Origin: Dehalococcoidia bacterium
GTDB lineage: Bacteria; Chloroflexota; Dehalococcoidia; Lucifugimonadales; UBA1123
NCBI GenBank assembly: GCA_963664365.1
Contig: OY761144.1
Coordinates: forward strand, 3,328,535 to 3,392,534
Length of the DNA: 64,000 nucleotides
Direction: 5' to 3'
In this document: positions 48,061 to 57,952 of the stretch, in pieces
Layout: every line of letters begins with the position of its first letter
Numbering within the stretch: the first letter of the stretch is position 1
Made by a program: the position numbers and the translations under genes
Notes under the pieces: model-generated
Seen by the model: only the letters and a program-made list of their open reading frames with translations
What the model was told of the DNA's origin: nothing
The model's database searches: none

Positions 48061-48735
48061 TTGAACTTGCTAGTCCTGTCCGGTGGAAACCATCCATATA
48101 ACGAGAGTACGCCGCTTCTGATCGATTTCCTGCGTCAGGATGGACACGAGGTCCAGGTGACGGAAGACTCGAACATCCTCACTACGGACGCCATGGCGGA
48201 GTTTGACGCCCTCGTGTTCAACACCAGGCGCGAGTTGGAGTTGACCATGCCGCGAGAGGAGCAGGTGGCTCTCACACAGTACATAGGCAGCGGCGGCGGG
48301 TTCGTGTGCATCCACATCTCGGGATGCAGACCGGCGACTTGGGCGGAGTACCACGACGTCACCGGCGGCGGATGGAAGACGGGAGAGAGTTACCATCCTC
48401 CCTACGGGCAGTTCACCGTCAACGTGAGCGACTCGGACCATCCGTGCGCTGAGGGGATCACGGACTTCATCACCAACGACGAGCTTTACATGAACATCGG
48501 ATGGCGTCCTGATAACGAGGTGTTTCTGACTGCCGACGCCGAAGACGGCACGTTCATGTGGGGCGGTCAGCCAACTTTCATGCCCGGCGGCGCCTACCCA
48601 CTGGCGTGGACCAGAACCTACGGGAACGGGAAAGTCTTCAACACCACGCTCGGACACAACGGCCTCAGTTTCCGAACTCCGCAGTTCCAGCGTCTGATAC
48701 TCAACGGGGTGAACTGGGTCAAGGGGGAAAGCTGA
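48061..48735 (+). CDS. ThuA-like domain protein
   Basis: GGGFVCIH, HPPY, DELY, AWTRTYGNGKVFNTTLGH. Confidence 0.9.
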   Translation: MNLLVLSGGNHPYNESTPLLIDFLRQDGHEVQVTEDSNILTTDAMAEFDALVFNTRRELELTMPREEQVALTQYIGSGGGFVCIHISGCRPATWAEYHDVTGGGWKTGESYHPPYGQFTVNVSDSDHPCAEGITDFITNDELYMNIGWRPDNEVFLTADAEDGTFMWGGQPTFMPGGAYPLAWTRTYGNGKVFNTTLGHNGLSFRTPQFQRLILNGVNWVKGES

Positions 48736-48820
48736 GCTCAATCCGATCAAAAATGGGTCAGCGCATTGCGCCCGACGCGGCCCGTTTGCTATATTCTGCT
48801 CGTCCCGACGGCGGACTAGT

Positions 48821-48896
48821 GGGGCTGTAGCTCATCTGGGAGAGCGCTTCAATGGCATTGAAGAGGTAGGGGGTTCGAGTCCCCCCAGCTCCACCA
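48821..48896 (+). tRNA. tRNA-Ala (GGC)
   Basis: GGGGCTGTAGCTCA...CTTCA-ATGGCAT-TGAAG...GGTTCGAGTCC...AGCTCCACCA. Confidence 0.96.
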
Positions 48897-49126
48897 AATT
48901 TGACGAAAGCAAGAATTTTCATCTTGAGATTCGTTCTGGACCGCTAGTCACCGACCGCGCCTGCCGACTCTGATTCCGTTCCGCCTTTCCACCCGCCCGG
49001 CTTGCCGTCCGTGCAGCCGCTTCATCTTTCACCTGCTGGGTGAAAGGACGAAGTGTCGAAAATGGTCCAATTTAGCTACGAAACTCAACCGCATTGGCAA
49101 TTGGGTGGTGGATTTCGGGAACCTCC

Positions 49127-49172
49127 CCCATGACGGGATGTGCGGGTTGTATCATATTTATCCCCCCGTCAA
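49127..49172 (-). promoter_or_regulatory. Degenerate orphan copy of the SBP promoter cassette
   Basis: Reverse strand TTGACGGGGGGATAAATATGATACAACCCGCACATCCCGTCATGGG. Confidence 0.5.
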
Positions 49173-49188
49173 GTATTGGGGTATCGAG

Positions 49189-49326
49189 GAGACTGTCCCA
49201 AGTTGGTAGGCGGACATGTCACCCTCACCCCCGTATCGAGTACGGGGCAGGCTCTAGCCCTCTCCCTTGAGGGAGAGGGGATTTCCGCGCTCGCGTGTGC
49301 GGCGCCTACTAACCCGGGACAGTCTC
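49189..49326. mobile_element. MITE family A with perfect 9-bp TSD
   Basis: TIR GAGACTGTCCCAAGTTGGTAGGCG / CGCCTACTAACCCGGGACAGTCTC; GGTATCGAG at 49180-49188 and 49327-49335. Confidence 0.85.
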
Positions 49327-49454
49327 GGTATCGAGGATAGAGGCATTGTCTGAACTGTGATTTTTGGGATTATGGGATGGGCAGGATTATGGGCGGGTTT
49401 CAACCCGCCCATACCATAGGACGTGAACCCAGATACCCATACACGGCCTTGGCG

Positions 49455-50576
49455 CTATGTGTATGGCGGGTCAGGGTTGTCGCCATCAGCGGCGGGTTCG
49501 TCTTCTGAGTGTGAGGGGTACATTTGGGCGAGCTTCTTTCGCCTGCGTTCTTCGATGGCGGGCCACGCCTTCCGGCGTTCAATGCGAAGGTCGAGCTCTT
49601 CCTTGAACTTGGCGGCCTCTTCTCTGATGACCTCGATATTGTTGGCTACCCATTCCTTGGACGGCCTGGATATGGGCCAGTTTCTCTTTGGGGCGTTGGG
49701 GTCTGGCTTGATGCCGAGCTCGTCCTTCATCCGCTGGATCATCGCGCGTACTTTGGCCAGACCTTCGTGGTCGCGGCGATGCTCGCCTTCGTGTCCTTCG
49801 GGCATGTTGAGACTCTTGCTGCAGTAGATGCAGCTCTTTGTCGGGTCAAGGACATATCCGGGGGGATAGTCAGGGTAGTCCTCGTCACTTAGGATGGGCT
49901 CGGGAAGTGACCGGACAGCGGTTACGACGGGTGTGAGGTCCCTTCCGGCGGCGCGCTCCAGGAGCATCCTGGCGGCCCTGTTGCGGTGGAAGGGCCTGAC
50001 CTCTCGGTTTGGGTCTTCGGGCCAGGCTACCTCAATGAGGACGTCTATGAGGGTGTCGCCGTCGTTGGTGATGTCCATGACGTGGTCGCGGATAGTTTCT
50101 AGTAGTGAGTGGTTAGTGGATTGTGGCGAGTGGTTAGTTTCTGGTGGATAGTTTTTAGTTTCTAGTGGCGAGTGGGTAGTAGGAGCGGGGCCTATGGCCT
50201 CGCGCAGGGAGTCGTCTAGTTGGGTGACCCTTCGACTACGCTCCGCTGCGCTCAGGGCAGGCTCCCCACCGTCAGAGGGTGTGTCTGAACTGTGATTGGC
50301 GTGATTATCGGATTCCGCTGATTCGGGGTCCGGTTCCGGGTCGGTTGAGGGGGCAGGGTCGGTGATGGCCGGGGCCTGTCTGGGGGTTTTGCCGTAGCCT
50401 CTGTCGAAGAGGATGCCGGTTGCGGTTAGGCGGTCGTGCTCGGTGGCGTCGTGTTCACCCTGCGCGATTTCGTGGAGGAGGTCTAGGATGTCGCGCGTGT
50501 CGTTGGTCCTCGCGCGGATCTTTTGGGCGAGGCGTTGTTCCGGGGTCGGCGGCGTCTGTCGGATTGCTATGGTCAT
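49455..50576 (-). CDS. Uncharacterised multicopy protein, paralog 3 (with CxxC..H..H segment)
   Basis: HDRLTATGILFDRGYGK, FHRNRAARMLLER, ERRKAWPAIEERRRKKLAQMYPSHSED. Confidence 0.85.
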   Translation of the reverse strand: MTIAIRQTPPTPEQRLAQKIRARTNDTRDILDLLHEIAQGEHDATEHDRLTATGILFDRGYGKTPRQAPAITDPAPSTDPEPDPESAESDNHANHSSDTPSDGGEPALSAAERSRRVTQLDDSLREAIGPAPTTHSPLETKNYPPETNHSPQSTNHSLLETIRDHVMDITNDGDTLIDVLIEVAWPEDPNREVRPFHRNRAARMLLERAAGRDLTPVVTAVRSLPEPILSDEDYPDYPPGYVLDPTKSCIYCSKSLNMPEGHEGEHRRDHEGLAKVRAMIQRMKDELGIKPDPNAPKRNWPISRPSKEWVANNIEVIREEAAKFKEELDLRIERRKAWPAIEERRRKKLAQMYPSHSEDEPAADGDNPDPPYT

Positions 50577-50633
50577 TGGGTTTTGAGTGGTTAGTGGATG
50601 GTGGATAGTGGTTAGTGGACTGTTGTGCTGGAT

Positions 50634-50663
50634 AGTATATGGGAGCGTGAGAACGGATGTCAA
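50634..50663 (-). promoter_or_regulatory. sigma70-type promoter of paralog 3
   Basis: Reverse strand ACCCC-TTGACA-18-TATACT. Confidence 0.7.
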
Positions 50664-50768
50664 GGGGTGATAGTGATTAGTGGATAGTGGATAGTGGATA
50701 GTTTTTAGTGGTTGGCTGGTGGATGGGGTTTACAATGGAGGCGCATCCGGCTGAAACGGAGGTTGAAT

Positions 50769-51935
50769 ATGGCGAGCACGGCCGACGCGGTTATCATCGG
50801 CGGCGGGGTGATGGGGTGCAGCATCTTGTACAACCTGGCTGCGCGCGGCGTCACGGACGCGCTGCTTTTGGAGCGGGACGTTCTGGCGTCCGGGTCCACC
50901 AGCAGGTCACAAGCTATCCTGCGAATGCACTACTCGAACGAGGTGACGACGCGGCTATCGTGGGACAGCCTCTCGATCTTCAGGGACTTTCAGGAGATCA
51001 CGGGAATGCCGTCAGGCTACACCAAGACGGGGTACTTCATCATCGTGGGACCGGAAGACCGGCGGGCGATGGAGGAGAACGTCGCCATGCAGCGCTCGGT
51101 GGGGGTGGACACGTCGGTTGTCACGGCGGAAGACGTCCGGGAGATCGCGCCGATGGTGGAACCTGCTGAGGGCGAGTCGTTCGCCTACGAGCCGGAGTCG
51201 GGATACGCGGACCCCTACTCGGTAACGACGGGCTACGCCAACGCGGCGCGCGATCTGGGAGCGCGGGTGAGGTCGGGCTGTCCGGCGACCGGAGTCGAGA
51301 TCAGGGGCGGGCGGGTGTCGGCGGTACTGACTGAGGACGGGCGCATCGAGACTCGAATCGCGGTGGTGGCGACGGGGCCATGGTCGGGGCCGTTTCTTGG
51401 TTCTATCGGGGTGGATGTTCCGCTGCGCCCAATCCGTCACCAGGTCGTCATGCTGCGCAGGCCGCAGGACATCGTGCCGGACCATCCGATAATCGGCGAC
51501 GTGGCGCTTGACATGTCTCCGAGGCCGGACGTTGGAAACATCACGCTGATCGGAGTAGGAGAGGACGAGGAGGCGGAACCGGAGTCGTTCAACCAGGGCG
51601 TTGACATGCCGATGGTGGAGCGGACTTTCGAGAAGCTGGTGAAGCGTATGCCGGGCATGGCGAGCGCGTTGTTTCGAGGCGGCTGGAGCGGCCTTTTCAC
51701 GACGACCCCGGACTGGCACCCTGTCTTAGACCGGGTTGAGGGAATCGAGGGGTTGTACCTGGCCGTGGGTTTCAGCGGGCACGGTTTCAAGCTGGCGCCG
51801 ATGGTCGGCGTGGTGATGTCGGAGCTCATCACTGAGGGCCAAGCGGCCAGCGTGGATATATCCGAGTTGGACCTGAAGCGCTTCTATGAGGGCCGCCTGA
51901 TGAAGTCTCGCTACGGGATGCAGGTTCTGGCCTAG
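50769..51935 (+). CDS. FAD-dependent oxidoreductase (DAO / sarcosine oxidase beta-like)
   Basis: IIGGGVMG, TPDWHP, GFSGHGFKLAP. Confidence 0.92.
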   Translation: MASTADAVIIGGGVMGCSILYNLAARGVTDALLLERDVLASGSTSRSQAILRMHYSNEVTTRLSWDSLSIFRDFQEITGMPSGYTKTGYFIIVGPEDRRAMEENVAMQRSVGVDTSVVTAEDVREIAPMVEPAEGESFAYEPESGYADPYSVTTGYANAARDLGARVRSGCPATGVEIRGGRVSAVLTEDGRIETRIAVVATGPWSGPFLGSIGVDVPLRPIRHQVVMLRRPQDIVPDHPIIGDVALDMSPRPDVGNITLIGVGEDEEAEPESFNQGVDMPMVERTFEKLVKRMPGMASALFRGGWSGLFTTTPDWHPVLDRVEGIEGLYLAVGFSGHGFKLAPMVGVVMSELITEGQAASVDISELDLKRFYEGRLMKSRYGMQVLA

Positions 51936-52195
51936 TACCTTGTCAACGTGATTCCGGTAGATAGCTCTAAGGTTCACCCTCACCCTAGCCCTCTCCCTTG
52001 AGGGAGAGGGGATATGCTCGGAATACTTCGAGTGGATCATCAAAACTAAGTTGAAGCAGTACTAGTACTCTGTCAATATGATTATGATAGACAGTCTTAC
52101 GGTTCACCCTCACCCTAGCCCTCTCCCTCAAGGGAGAGGGGATATGCTCGGAATACTTCGAGTGGATCGTCAAAACTGAGTTGAAGCAGTACTAG
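51932..52195. mobile_element. Tandem pair of 126-bp MITEs (family B) bounded by CTAG
   Basis: CTAG at 51932, 52062, 52192 (130-bp period); TIR TACYYTGTCAA / TTGAAGCAGTA; internal REP hairpin. Confidence 0.8.
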
Positions 52196-52199
52196 GAAG

Positions 52200-52667
52200 T
52201 CAGTCCTCGACCTCGACTACCACTTCGATCTCGACGGGGATGTCGTTGGGCAGCGACACCATGCCGACGGCGGAGCGGGCGTGGCGGCCTCGCTCGCCGA
52301 AGACCTCCACGAGCAGGTCTGAGCAGCCGTTGACGACGGCGGGCTGCCGGTTGAAGTCGGGGGCGCTGTTGACCATGCCGAGCACCTTGACCACTCGGCG
52401 CACCTTATCCAGGTCTCCCACCACGCCCTTCAAGCGCGCCAGGATGTTGACGCCGGTGAGCCGCGCCGCCTCGTAGCCCTCCTCGGCGGTCAGGTCTTGT
52501 CCCACCTTGCCGGATGGGGTGGAACCGTCGGGCCGCGGCGCGGGTCCCAAGCCGGAGAGGAATAGGAGGTTGCCGGTTCTGACGCCGGGGACGTAGTTGG
52601 CGATGGGCACAGGCTCGTCGGGAAGCGAGATTCCCAGTTGCTCCAGTCTGGATTCTATTTCTGACAT
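52200..52667 (-). CDS. RidA/YjgF family protein
   Basis: ANYVP, NGCSDLL, GRHARSAVG, VEIE. Confidence 0.93.
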   Translation of the reverse strand: MSEIESRLEQLGISLPDEPVPIANYVPGVRTGNLLFLSGLGPAPRPDGSTPSGKVGQDLTAEEGYEAARLTGVNILARLKGVVGDLDKVRRVVKVLGMVNSAPDFNRQPAVVNGCSDLLVEVFGERGRHARSAVGMVSLPNDIPVEIEVVVEVED

Positions 52668-52802
52668 AATGGCCGCTCCTGAAACGGGTTGTGCGATAAC
52701 ATTCTATACGACGATGCGCCGTTTAGGGGCGGGCGCGACATCGGTATGCCTGATATGATGATGGCCGACGGTCACAAGATTGACGCTGGGAGGTCCGGAA
52801 CG

Positions 52803-53198
52803 ATGACAGGCATGATCGGAACCATCAGGCTGAGAAGGGTCAACCACCTGACGTATTGCGTGAAGGACATGGAGCGGGCGACGAGGTTCTGGGTGGACGT
52901 GCTCGGAGTCAAGGAGATACCGAAAGCGGTGGACTCGGACACGATCGTGTGGCTCCAGCTTCCGAGCGGTACGATGGTGCATCTAATCGAGGACGAGAAC
53001 GCGCCGTCGGAGCCGTCCCACCACGGGGCTTTCGAGGTGGAGGACATCGAGGCGGCGCAGGAGTACATGCACTCGCACAACGTGGAGACGACGGAGATCA
53101 ACACACGCCACGACGGCCAGCGGGTGTTCTTCATCGACGACACGGAGGGGAACCGGATCGAGATATGCACGAAGTCGGGTTTTGGGGTTTTAGTGTAG
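52803..53198 (+). CDS. VOC/glyoxalase family protein
   Basis: VNHL, HGAFEVED, DTEGNRIE; GGAGG RBS. Confidence 0.88.
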   Translation: MTGMIGTIRLRRVNHLTYCVKDMERATRFWVDVLGVKEIPKAVDSDTIVWLQLPSGTMVHLIEDENAPSEPSHHGAFEVEDIEAAQEYMHSHNVETTEINTRHDGQRVFFIDDTEGNRIEICTKSGFGVLV

Positions 53199-53216
53199 GG
53201 ATAAAGGAGTCATTTA

Positions 53217-53513
53217 TTGGAACACCACATCTGCAAAGTTACATCGGTGGAGCCGATTGGCCCGTACACGCTAAGGGTTGGCTTCGATGACAGCACATCG
53301 CAGATCATAGACTTCAGCCCCGTACTTCAAGGCGAGTTGTACGGCCCTCTGCGCGATCCCGACGTCTTCGCCCAAGTACACATAGACCCTGAGGTCCATA
53401 CGCTGGTGTGGCCGAACGGAGCGGATTTCGATCCGGCAACGCTTCATGACTGGTCAGAGTACGAGGAAGATATGGTGAAGATGGCCGGAGGCTGGTTGCC
53501 GGTGCATGCATGA
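53217..53513 (+). CDS. DUF2442 family protein
   Basis: [28 protein letters not shown]. Confidence 0.88.
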   Translation: MEHHICKVTSVEPIGPYTLRVGFDDSTSQIIDFSPVLQGELYGPLRDPDVFAQVHIDPEVHTLVWPNGADFDPATLHDWSEYEEDMVKMAGGWLPVHA

Positions 53514-53989
53514 AAAAACGAGTGACGATCTACACCGACGGGGCCTGTTCGGGAAATCCGGGGCCAGGCGGATATGGGGTCGTCGTCCGAATGGGACGGC
53601 ACAGCAAGGAACTGAGCGGCGGATTCAGCAGGACGACGAACAACCGGATGGAGTTGATGGCGGTCATAGAGGGCCTGAAGGCGCTGACCGAGCCTTGCGC
53701 GGTGACGCTGTACAGCGACTCGAAGTATATTGTCGATGCGGTGAACAAGGGATGGGCCAAGCGGTGGAGAGCCAATGGCTGGCGTCGGAACCGCAAGGAG
53801 AAGGCGCTGAACCCCGATCTCTGGGGTCGGCTCCTGGAGTTGCTCGAACGCCATGACGTGGAAGTCCGCTGGGTCCGGGGACACGCGGGAAACCCGGGGA
53901 ACGAGCGGGCGGACAGGTTGGCGGTCGCGGCGTCGAGGGGAGATGACCTCGATGTAGATCGGGGCTACGAATCGGCGGTGATGTTTTGA
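53510..53989 (+). CDS. rnhA: Ribonuclease HI
   Basis: [34 protein letters not shown]. Confidence 0.97.
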   Translation: MKKRVTIYTDGACSGNPGPGGYGVVVRMGRHSKELSGGFSRTTNNRMELMAVIEGLKALTEPCAVTLYSDSKYIVDAVNKGWAKRWRANGWRRNRKEKALNPDLWGRLLELLERHDVEVRWVRGHAGNPGNERADRLAVAASRGDDLDVDRGYESAVMF

Positions 53990-54477
53990 CCGAGACCGGA
54001 GAACCCAAGCTCACGCACGTTGACCGGAGCGGCAAGGCGCAGATGGTGGACGTCGGATCGAAGCCCGATACGTTGCGAGAGGCAGTGGCGAGGGGTCGAG
54101 TCGTCATGCGGCGGGAGACTCTTGAGTTGATACGGGCCAACGCTTTCGACAAGGGGGACGTGCTGGGCGTGGCGCGGATCGCCGGAATCATGGGGGCGAA
54201 GAACACGTCTAATCTCATCCCGCTGTGTCACCCTCTTCCGCTGAGCAAGGTGGGCGTGGAGTTCGACCTTGACTCGGACTCTAGCGCGGTGGAGATAACC
54301 GGCACGGCCCGAACGACGGGCAAGACGGGCGTCGAGATGGAGGCGCTGACGGCGGTCAGCGTCGCCGCCTTGACGATCTATGACATGTGCAAGGCGGTCG
54401 ATAGGGGCATGAGGATCGAGGCGGTGCGGCTGGCGCGGAAGACAGGGGGGCAGAGTGGGGATGTGGTTTTGGAGTAG
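53986..54477 (+). CDS. moaC: Cyclic pyranopterin monophosphate synthase
   Basis: [35 protein letters not shown]. Confidence 0.97.
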   Translation: MTETGEPKLTHVDRSGKAQMVDVGSKPDTLREAVARGRVVMRRETLELIRANAFDKGDVLGVARIAGIMGAKNTSNLIPLCHPLPLSKVGVEFDLDSDSSAVEITGTARTTGKTGVEMEALTAVSVAALTIYDMCKAVDRGMRIEAVRLARKTGGQSGDVVLE

Positions 54478-54518
54478 TTCGCATAGATCTGCAGGATGGA
54501 CAGGATAAGAGGCATGGC

Positions 54519-54941
54519 ATGGACTTTGAAGACGTTCGACCATATTTGGAGACGCACCACCGGGGGGTGATCGCCACGAGGCGGCCCAACGGCGCGACGC
54601 ACTCCAGCATCGTGGTATGTGGAGCATACAAAGGTCACGCGGCCTTCGTATCGGTGTACCCACAATCACAGAAGATAAAGAACCTTCGGCGCGACTCAAA
54701 CTGCACGGTGCTATCGGTGTCTGAGGACTGGCGGCAATGGGTCTCGGTCGAAGGGCAGGCGACTCTGTTCGACTACGGCAACACGGAGCCGGAGGAGATG
54801 AGGGTGATGCTCCGAGAGGTGTACATGGCGTGCAGCGACACCGAGCATCCCGACTGGGACGAGTACGACCAAGCGATGATCGACCAGGAGGCCGTGATCG
54901 TTCTGGTGACGCCTGAGCGGGTGTACGGGCTGGTCAGGTAG
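54519..54941 (+). CDS. PPOX-class (probably F420-dependent) split-barrel protein
   Basis: IATRRPNG, KIKNLRRD, WVSVEG, EHPDWDEY. Confidence 0.85.
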   Translation: MDFEDVRPYLETHHRGVIATRRPNGATHSSIVVCGAYKGHAAFVSVYPQSQKIKNLRRDSNCTVLSVSEDWRQWVSVEGQATLFDYGNTEPEEMRVMLREVYMACSDTEHPDWDEYDQAMIDQEAVIVLVTPERVYGLVR

Positions 54942-54952
54942 GAATATTCCAG

Positions 54953-55573
54953 GTGCCTTTCCTAAAGAACCTGTTCAAGCGCAGTCGTCGGCTCAAGGGG
55001 TCGATTGAGATGCCGGACCTGATTATCGTGGGTCTTGGGAATCCGGAGCCTCAGTACCTTAGGACCCGGCACAACGCGGGCTGGTGGCTGGTCGATATGC
55101 TGGCGGAGCGGCACGGCACCGACATCAAGCGGGCGCACAGCACAACGAGGCTCGGCATCGGAAAGATCGAGGGCCACACGGTCGCGCTCGCCAAGCCGCG
55201 CACCTACGTCAATCGCAGTGGAGCAGCCGTCAACTACCTGCTCACCCGGTTCGGGGTTGGGCGGGAGAGGTTGCTGGTCGTGTACGACGAGATTGCGCTC
55301 GACGCGGGCAAGCTCCGGCTGAGGCCCAGGGGCAGCGCCGCCGGACACAACGGGATGAAGTCGATCATCGACGCCCTCGGCAGCCAGGAATTCAAGCGGC
55401 TGAGGATCGGCGTGGGACAGCCGCCTCCCGGGACGGATCGTGTCGGATGGGTGCTGGGCGAGATGTCTGAGGAGGACCAGCGCCTCGTGGATCAGGCGAT
55501 TCATCGTGCCGCCGATGCTATTGTCAGTTTGATGGAGGACGGCGTAGACACCGCGATGAGCAGGTTCAACTGA
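54953..55573 (+). CDS. pth: Peptidyl-tRNA hydrolase
   Basis: VGLGNP, TRHNAG, KPRTYVNRSG, GHNGMKS; start may be ATG 55010. Confidence 0.96.
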   Translation: MPFLKNLFKRSRRLKGSIEMPDLIIVGLGNPEPQYLRTRHNAGWWLVDMLAERHGTDIKRAHSTTRLGIGKIEGHTVALAKPRTYVNRSGAAVNYLLTRFGVGRERLLVVYDEIALDAGKLRLRPRGSAAGHNGMKSIIDALGSQEFKRLRIGVGQPPPGTDRVGWVLGEMSEEDQRLVDQAIHRAADAIVSLMEDGVDTAMSRFN

Positions 55574-55593
55574 CTGGCAGGAAGGGGGAGTCC

Positions 55594-56706
55594 CTAGGTC
55601 AGGCCCATCTGCTGAGCAAATGCTTCGACGTGGCCGGAGGAGGCGCCGTATTTAAGCTCGGCTACCTTGGCCCGGCGAGTCCATAGCTGGAGGTCGTACT
55701 CTTCCATGAAGCCTATGCCGCCGTGTATCTGCTGCGCGGTAAGGGTCGTCCACTTGTAGGCGTGGTTGGCGAGAGACTTGGCGAGAGCGACCTCTCTGTC
55801 GACTGGCTGACCATCCTCCATTCTGGTGATGGCCTCGTAGGTGGCGAGGCGCGCGGCGTCTATCGCCATCACCATGTCCGCGCAGTCGTGCTGAACCGAC
55901 TGGAAGGTGGCGATAGCACGGTCGAACTGGACCCTCTGCCTGGTGTAGTCGACGGTCATTTCGAGCACGCGCTGCGCCCCACCCACGCTCTGGGCACAGT
56001 GAAGTACGGTCGCTCGGTCCAGAAGGCGATTCAATGCCGCTTCGCCTCCTCCGAGAACTGCGCCGCCTTCCACCGTGACGTTATCGAAATGGACGACGTA
56101 CTGAGGGTCGCGGCTGATGCTCTCAAGCGGAGTGGTGGCGATGCCGTCTGCGGTCCTTGGGACCAGTACTAGAGACACCTCATCATCAGAGATCCTTGTC
56201 GGGACCAAAAGCAGGTCGGCTGAGTCGGCGTACTCGACGAACATCTTCGTGCCGTTCAGAACAATCCCTTCACCGCGCAGAGTCGCCGATAACTGGATCG
56301 ACTCCGGCCTGTAGCGCGCGTCCGACTCCAGCAGAGCGGCGGTGGCGATCAGGGAACCGTCGGCGATTCTCGGAAGTAGATCGACGCGTTGACTATTAGA
56401 GCCTGCGTCTAGGATGGCAAGACCCGTGACGGCAACGGAGTTGAAGAACGGCCCCGGCACGAGAGCGCGTCCGAACTCCTCCAGAAGCACGGCCAGATCG
56501 GTCAGCGAGCCGTCGGAGCCTCCGTACTCGGACGGGAACGGCAGCCCCATCCATCCGAGGCCGGCCATGCCCTCCCAGAGGTCTGTGGTGTAGCCGCGCG
56601 CGTCACCCTCCATAGCGCGGACGAGGGTGGTCGGGCATTCACGCTCGAAGAATTCCCTGGCGGTGTCTTTAAGCGTCTCCTGGCGGTCGGTTAGAGATAG
56701 GTCCAT
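55594..56706 (-). CDS. Acyl-CoA dehydrogenase, short (beta-type) subunit
   Basis: RVQFDRAIATFQSVQH, QIHGGIGF. Confidence 0.92.
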   Translation of the reverse strand: MDLSLTDRQETLKDTAREFFERECPTTLVRAMEGDARGYTTDLWEGMAGLGWMGLPFPSEYGGSDGSLTDLAVLLEEFGRALVPGPFFNSVAVTGLAILDAGSNSQRVDLLPRIADGSLIATAALLESDARYRPESIQLSATLRGEGIVLNGTKMFVEYADSADLLLVPTRISDDEVSLVLVPRTADGIATTPLESISRDPQYVVHFDNVTVEGGAVLGGGEAALNRLLDRATVLHCAQSVGGAQRVLEMTVDYTRQRVQFDRAIATFQSVQHDCADMVMAIDAARLATYEAITRMEDGQPVDREVALAKSLANHAYKWTTLTAQQIHGGIGFMEEYDLQLWTRRAKVAELKYGASSGHVEAFAQQMGLT

Positions 56707-56709
56707 CGC

Positions 56710-57942
56710 CTAAGTCCTTCCAGCGGCAGCCTGCGGGGAGCGCACGTCCTGGCGAGTCTCCCTGCCTTCTCTGGGCATTCCCAGACCTCGCTGCGCGATA
56801 ATGTTGCGCTGGACTTCGTTCGCCCCACCGCCAAATCGCAAGAAGATGCCGCTCCGGTACGCCCGCTCCATCTCGCCGTCCAGCAGAGTATACGGAGAAC
56901 TCCGGGTTAGCTGGCCGTACATTCCGAGAAGCTCGAAGCCGAAGTCGGCGACCTCCTGGATGAGGTCTGTCGCTACTATCTTTAGCGCGGAGCTTTCGTA
57001 GTTGGGTACGATTCCCTGGTCGATCATCCAAGCGGTGCGGTACGAAAAGAGGCGGACCGTCTCGAGCTTCATGCCGATCTCGGCGAACCGCGTGCGGACG
57101 TGGTGATCCCTGGACAGTGGAGCGCCGTCCACCTCGGTATCGTTTGCGAACTCGATGAGCCTGTTCACGCGGCGCAGCAGGTTGGTATAACGTGAGCCGA
57201 TGCTGACACGCTCGAAGTCGAGCGCCATGGCCACGTGATACCAGCCCCGATTCGGCTCTCCAATCAGGTTCTGGCGCGGTATGCGGACATTGTCAAAGAA
57301 AACCTCGTTGGTGCGTCCGCTGTCCATACGCCAGAGCGGACGGACGGTGATGCCGTCGGAGTCCATCGGCACCAGGAACGCCGATAGTCCTCGGTGCTTC
57401 CGGACCTCGGTGTCGGTACGCGCCAGCAGCCAGACGTGCGAGGAGAAGTGGGCCGCGCTGGTGAAAAGCTTCTGGCCGTTGATCACGTAGTCATCGCCGT
57501 CCACGACCGCGCGGGTCTGGAGTCCCGCTAGGTCGGTGCCCGCCCCGGGTTCGGTGTAGCCCAGAGCGCACTCGACCTCACCGCTGAGCATCTTCGGAAT
57601 CCACTCGGCCCGCTGCTCGTCGGTGCCGACGTTCAGAATAGTCGGGCCAACCATGTTGACGGCGGTGCCGTTGGTGTAGAGACTGCCGAAGTTTCCGATC
57701 TCCTCAGAGAATATGTACTGGTCCATCAGCGGACGTCCCAGGCCGCCGTACTCCTCGGGCCATGAGATGCCCAGCAGACCGCGACTGCCCAACTCCCGCA
57801 TGAAGGTCTTGTCGGCGGGACTGGGCCCCACGTCGTCCGAGACCTCCATCTCCTCCCGCAAGTCAGGAGTTATCAGAGACTCTATCGTGGAGCGGACGTA
57901 GCGTCGCCACTCCTCTTGTTCGGGCGTGAATCGGAAGTCCAT
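56710..57942 (-). CDS. Acyl-CoA dehydrogenase, long (alpha-type) subunit
   Basis: YTEPGAGTDLA, NGQKLFTS, GGGANEVQRNII. Confidence 0.93.
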   Translation of the reverse strand: MDFRFTPEQEEWRRYVRSTIESLITPDLREEMEVSDDVGPSPADKTFMRELGSRGLLGISWPEEYGGLGRPLMDQYIFSEEIGNFGSLYTNGTAVNMVGPTILNVGTDEQRAEWIPKMLSGEVECALGYTEPGAGTDLAGLQTRAVVDGDDYVINGQKLFTSAAHFSSHVWLLARTDTEVRKHRGLSAFLVPMDSDGITVRPLWRMDSGRTNEVFFDNVRIPRQNLIGEPNRGWYHVAMALDFERVSIGSRYTNLLRRVNRLIEFANDTEVDGAPLSRDHHVRTRFAEIGMKLETVRLFSYRTAWMIDQGIVPNYESSALKIVATDLIQEVADFGFELLGMYGQLTRSSPYTLLDGEMERAYRSGIFLRFGGGANEVQRNIIAQRGLGMPREGRETRQDVRSPQAAAGRT

Positions 57943-57952
57943 GCTGAATCCC

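Noticed and set aside
48897-49130. Island integrated at tRNA-Ala (or tRNA-Pro)
   Set aside because: No integrase and no duplicated tRNA 3' end seen; only a doubtful 25-codon ORF on the minus strand
51932-52195. Possible CRISPR or small duplicated ORFs (MIHSKYSEHIPSP...)
   Set aside because: Two full-length similar units bounded by TIR/CTAG; the ORFs are REP translations
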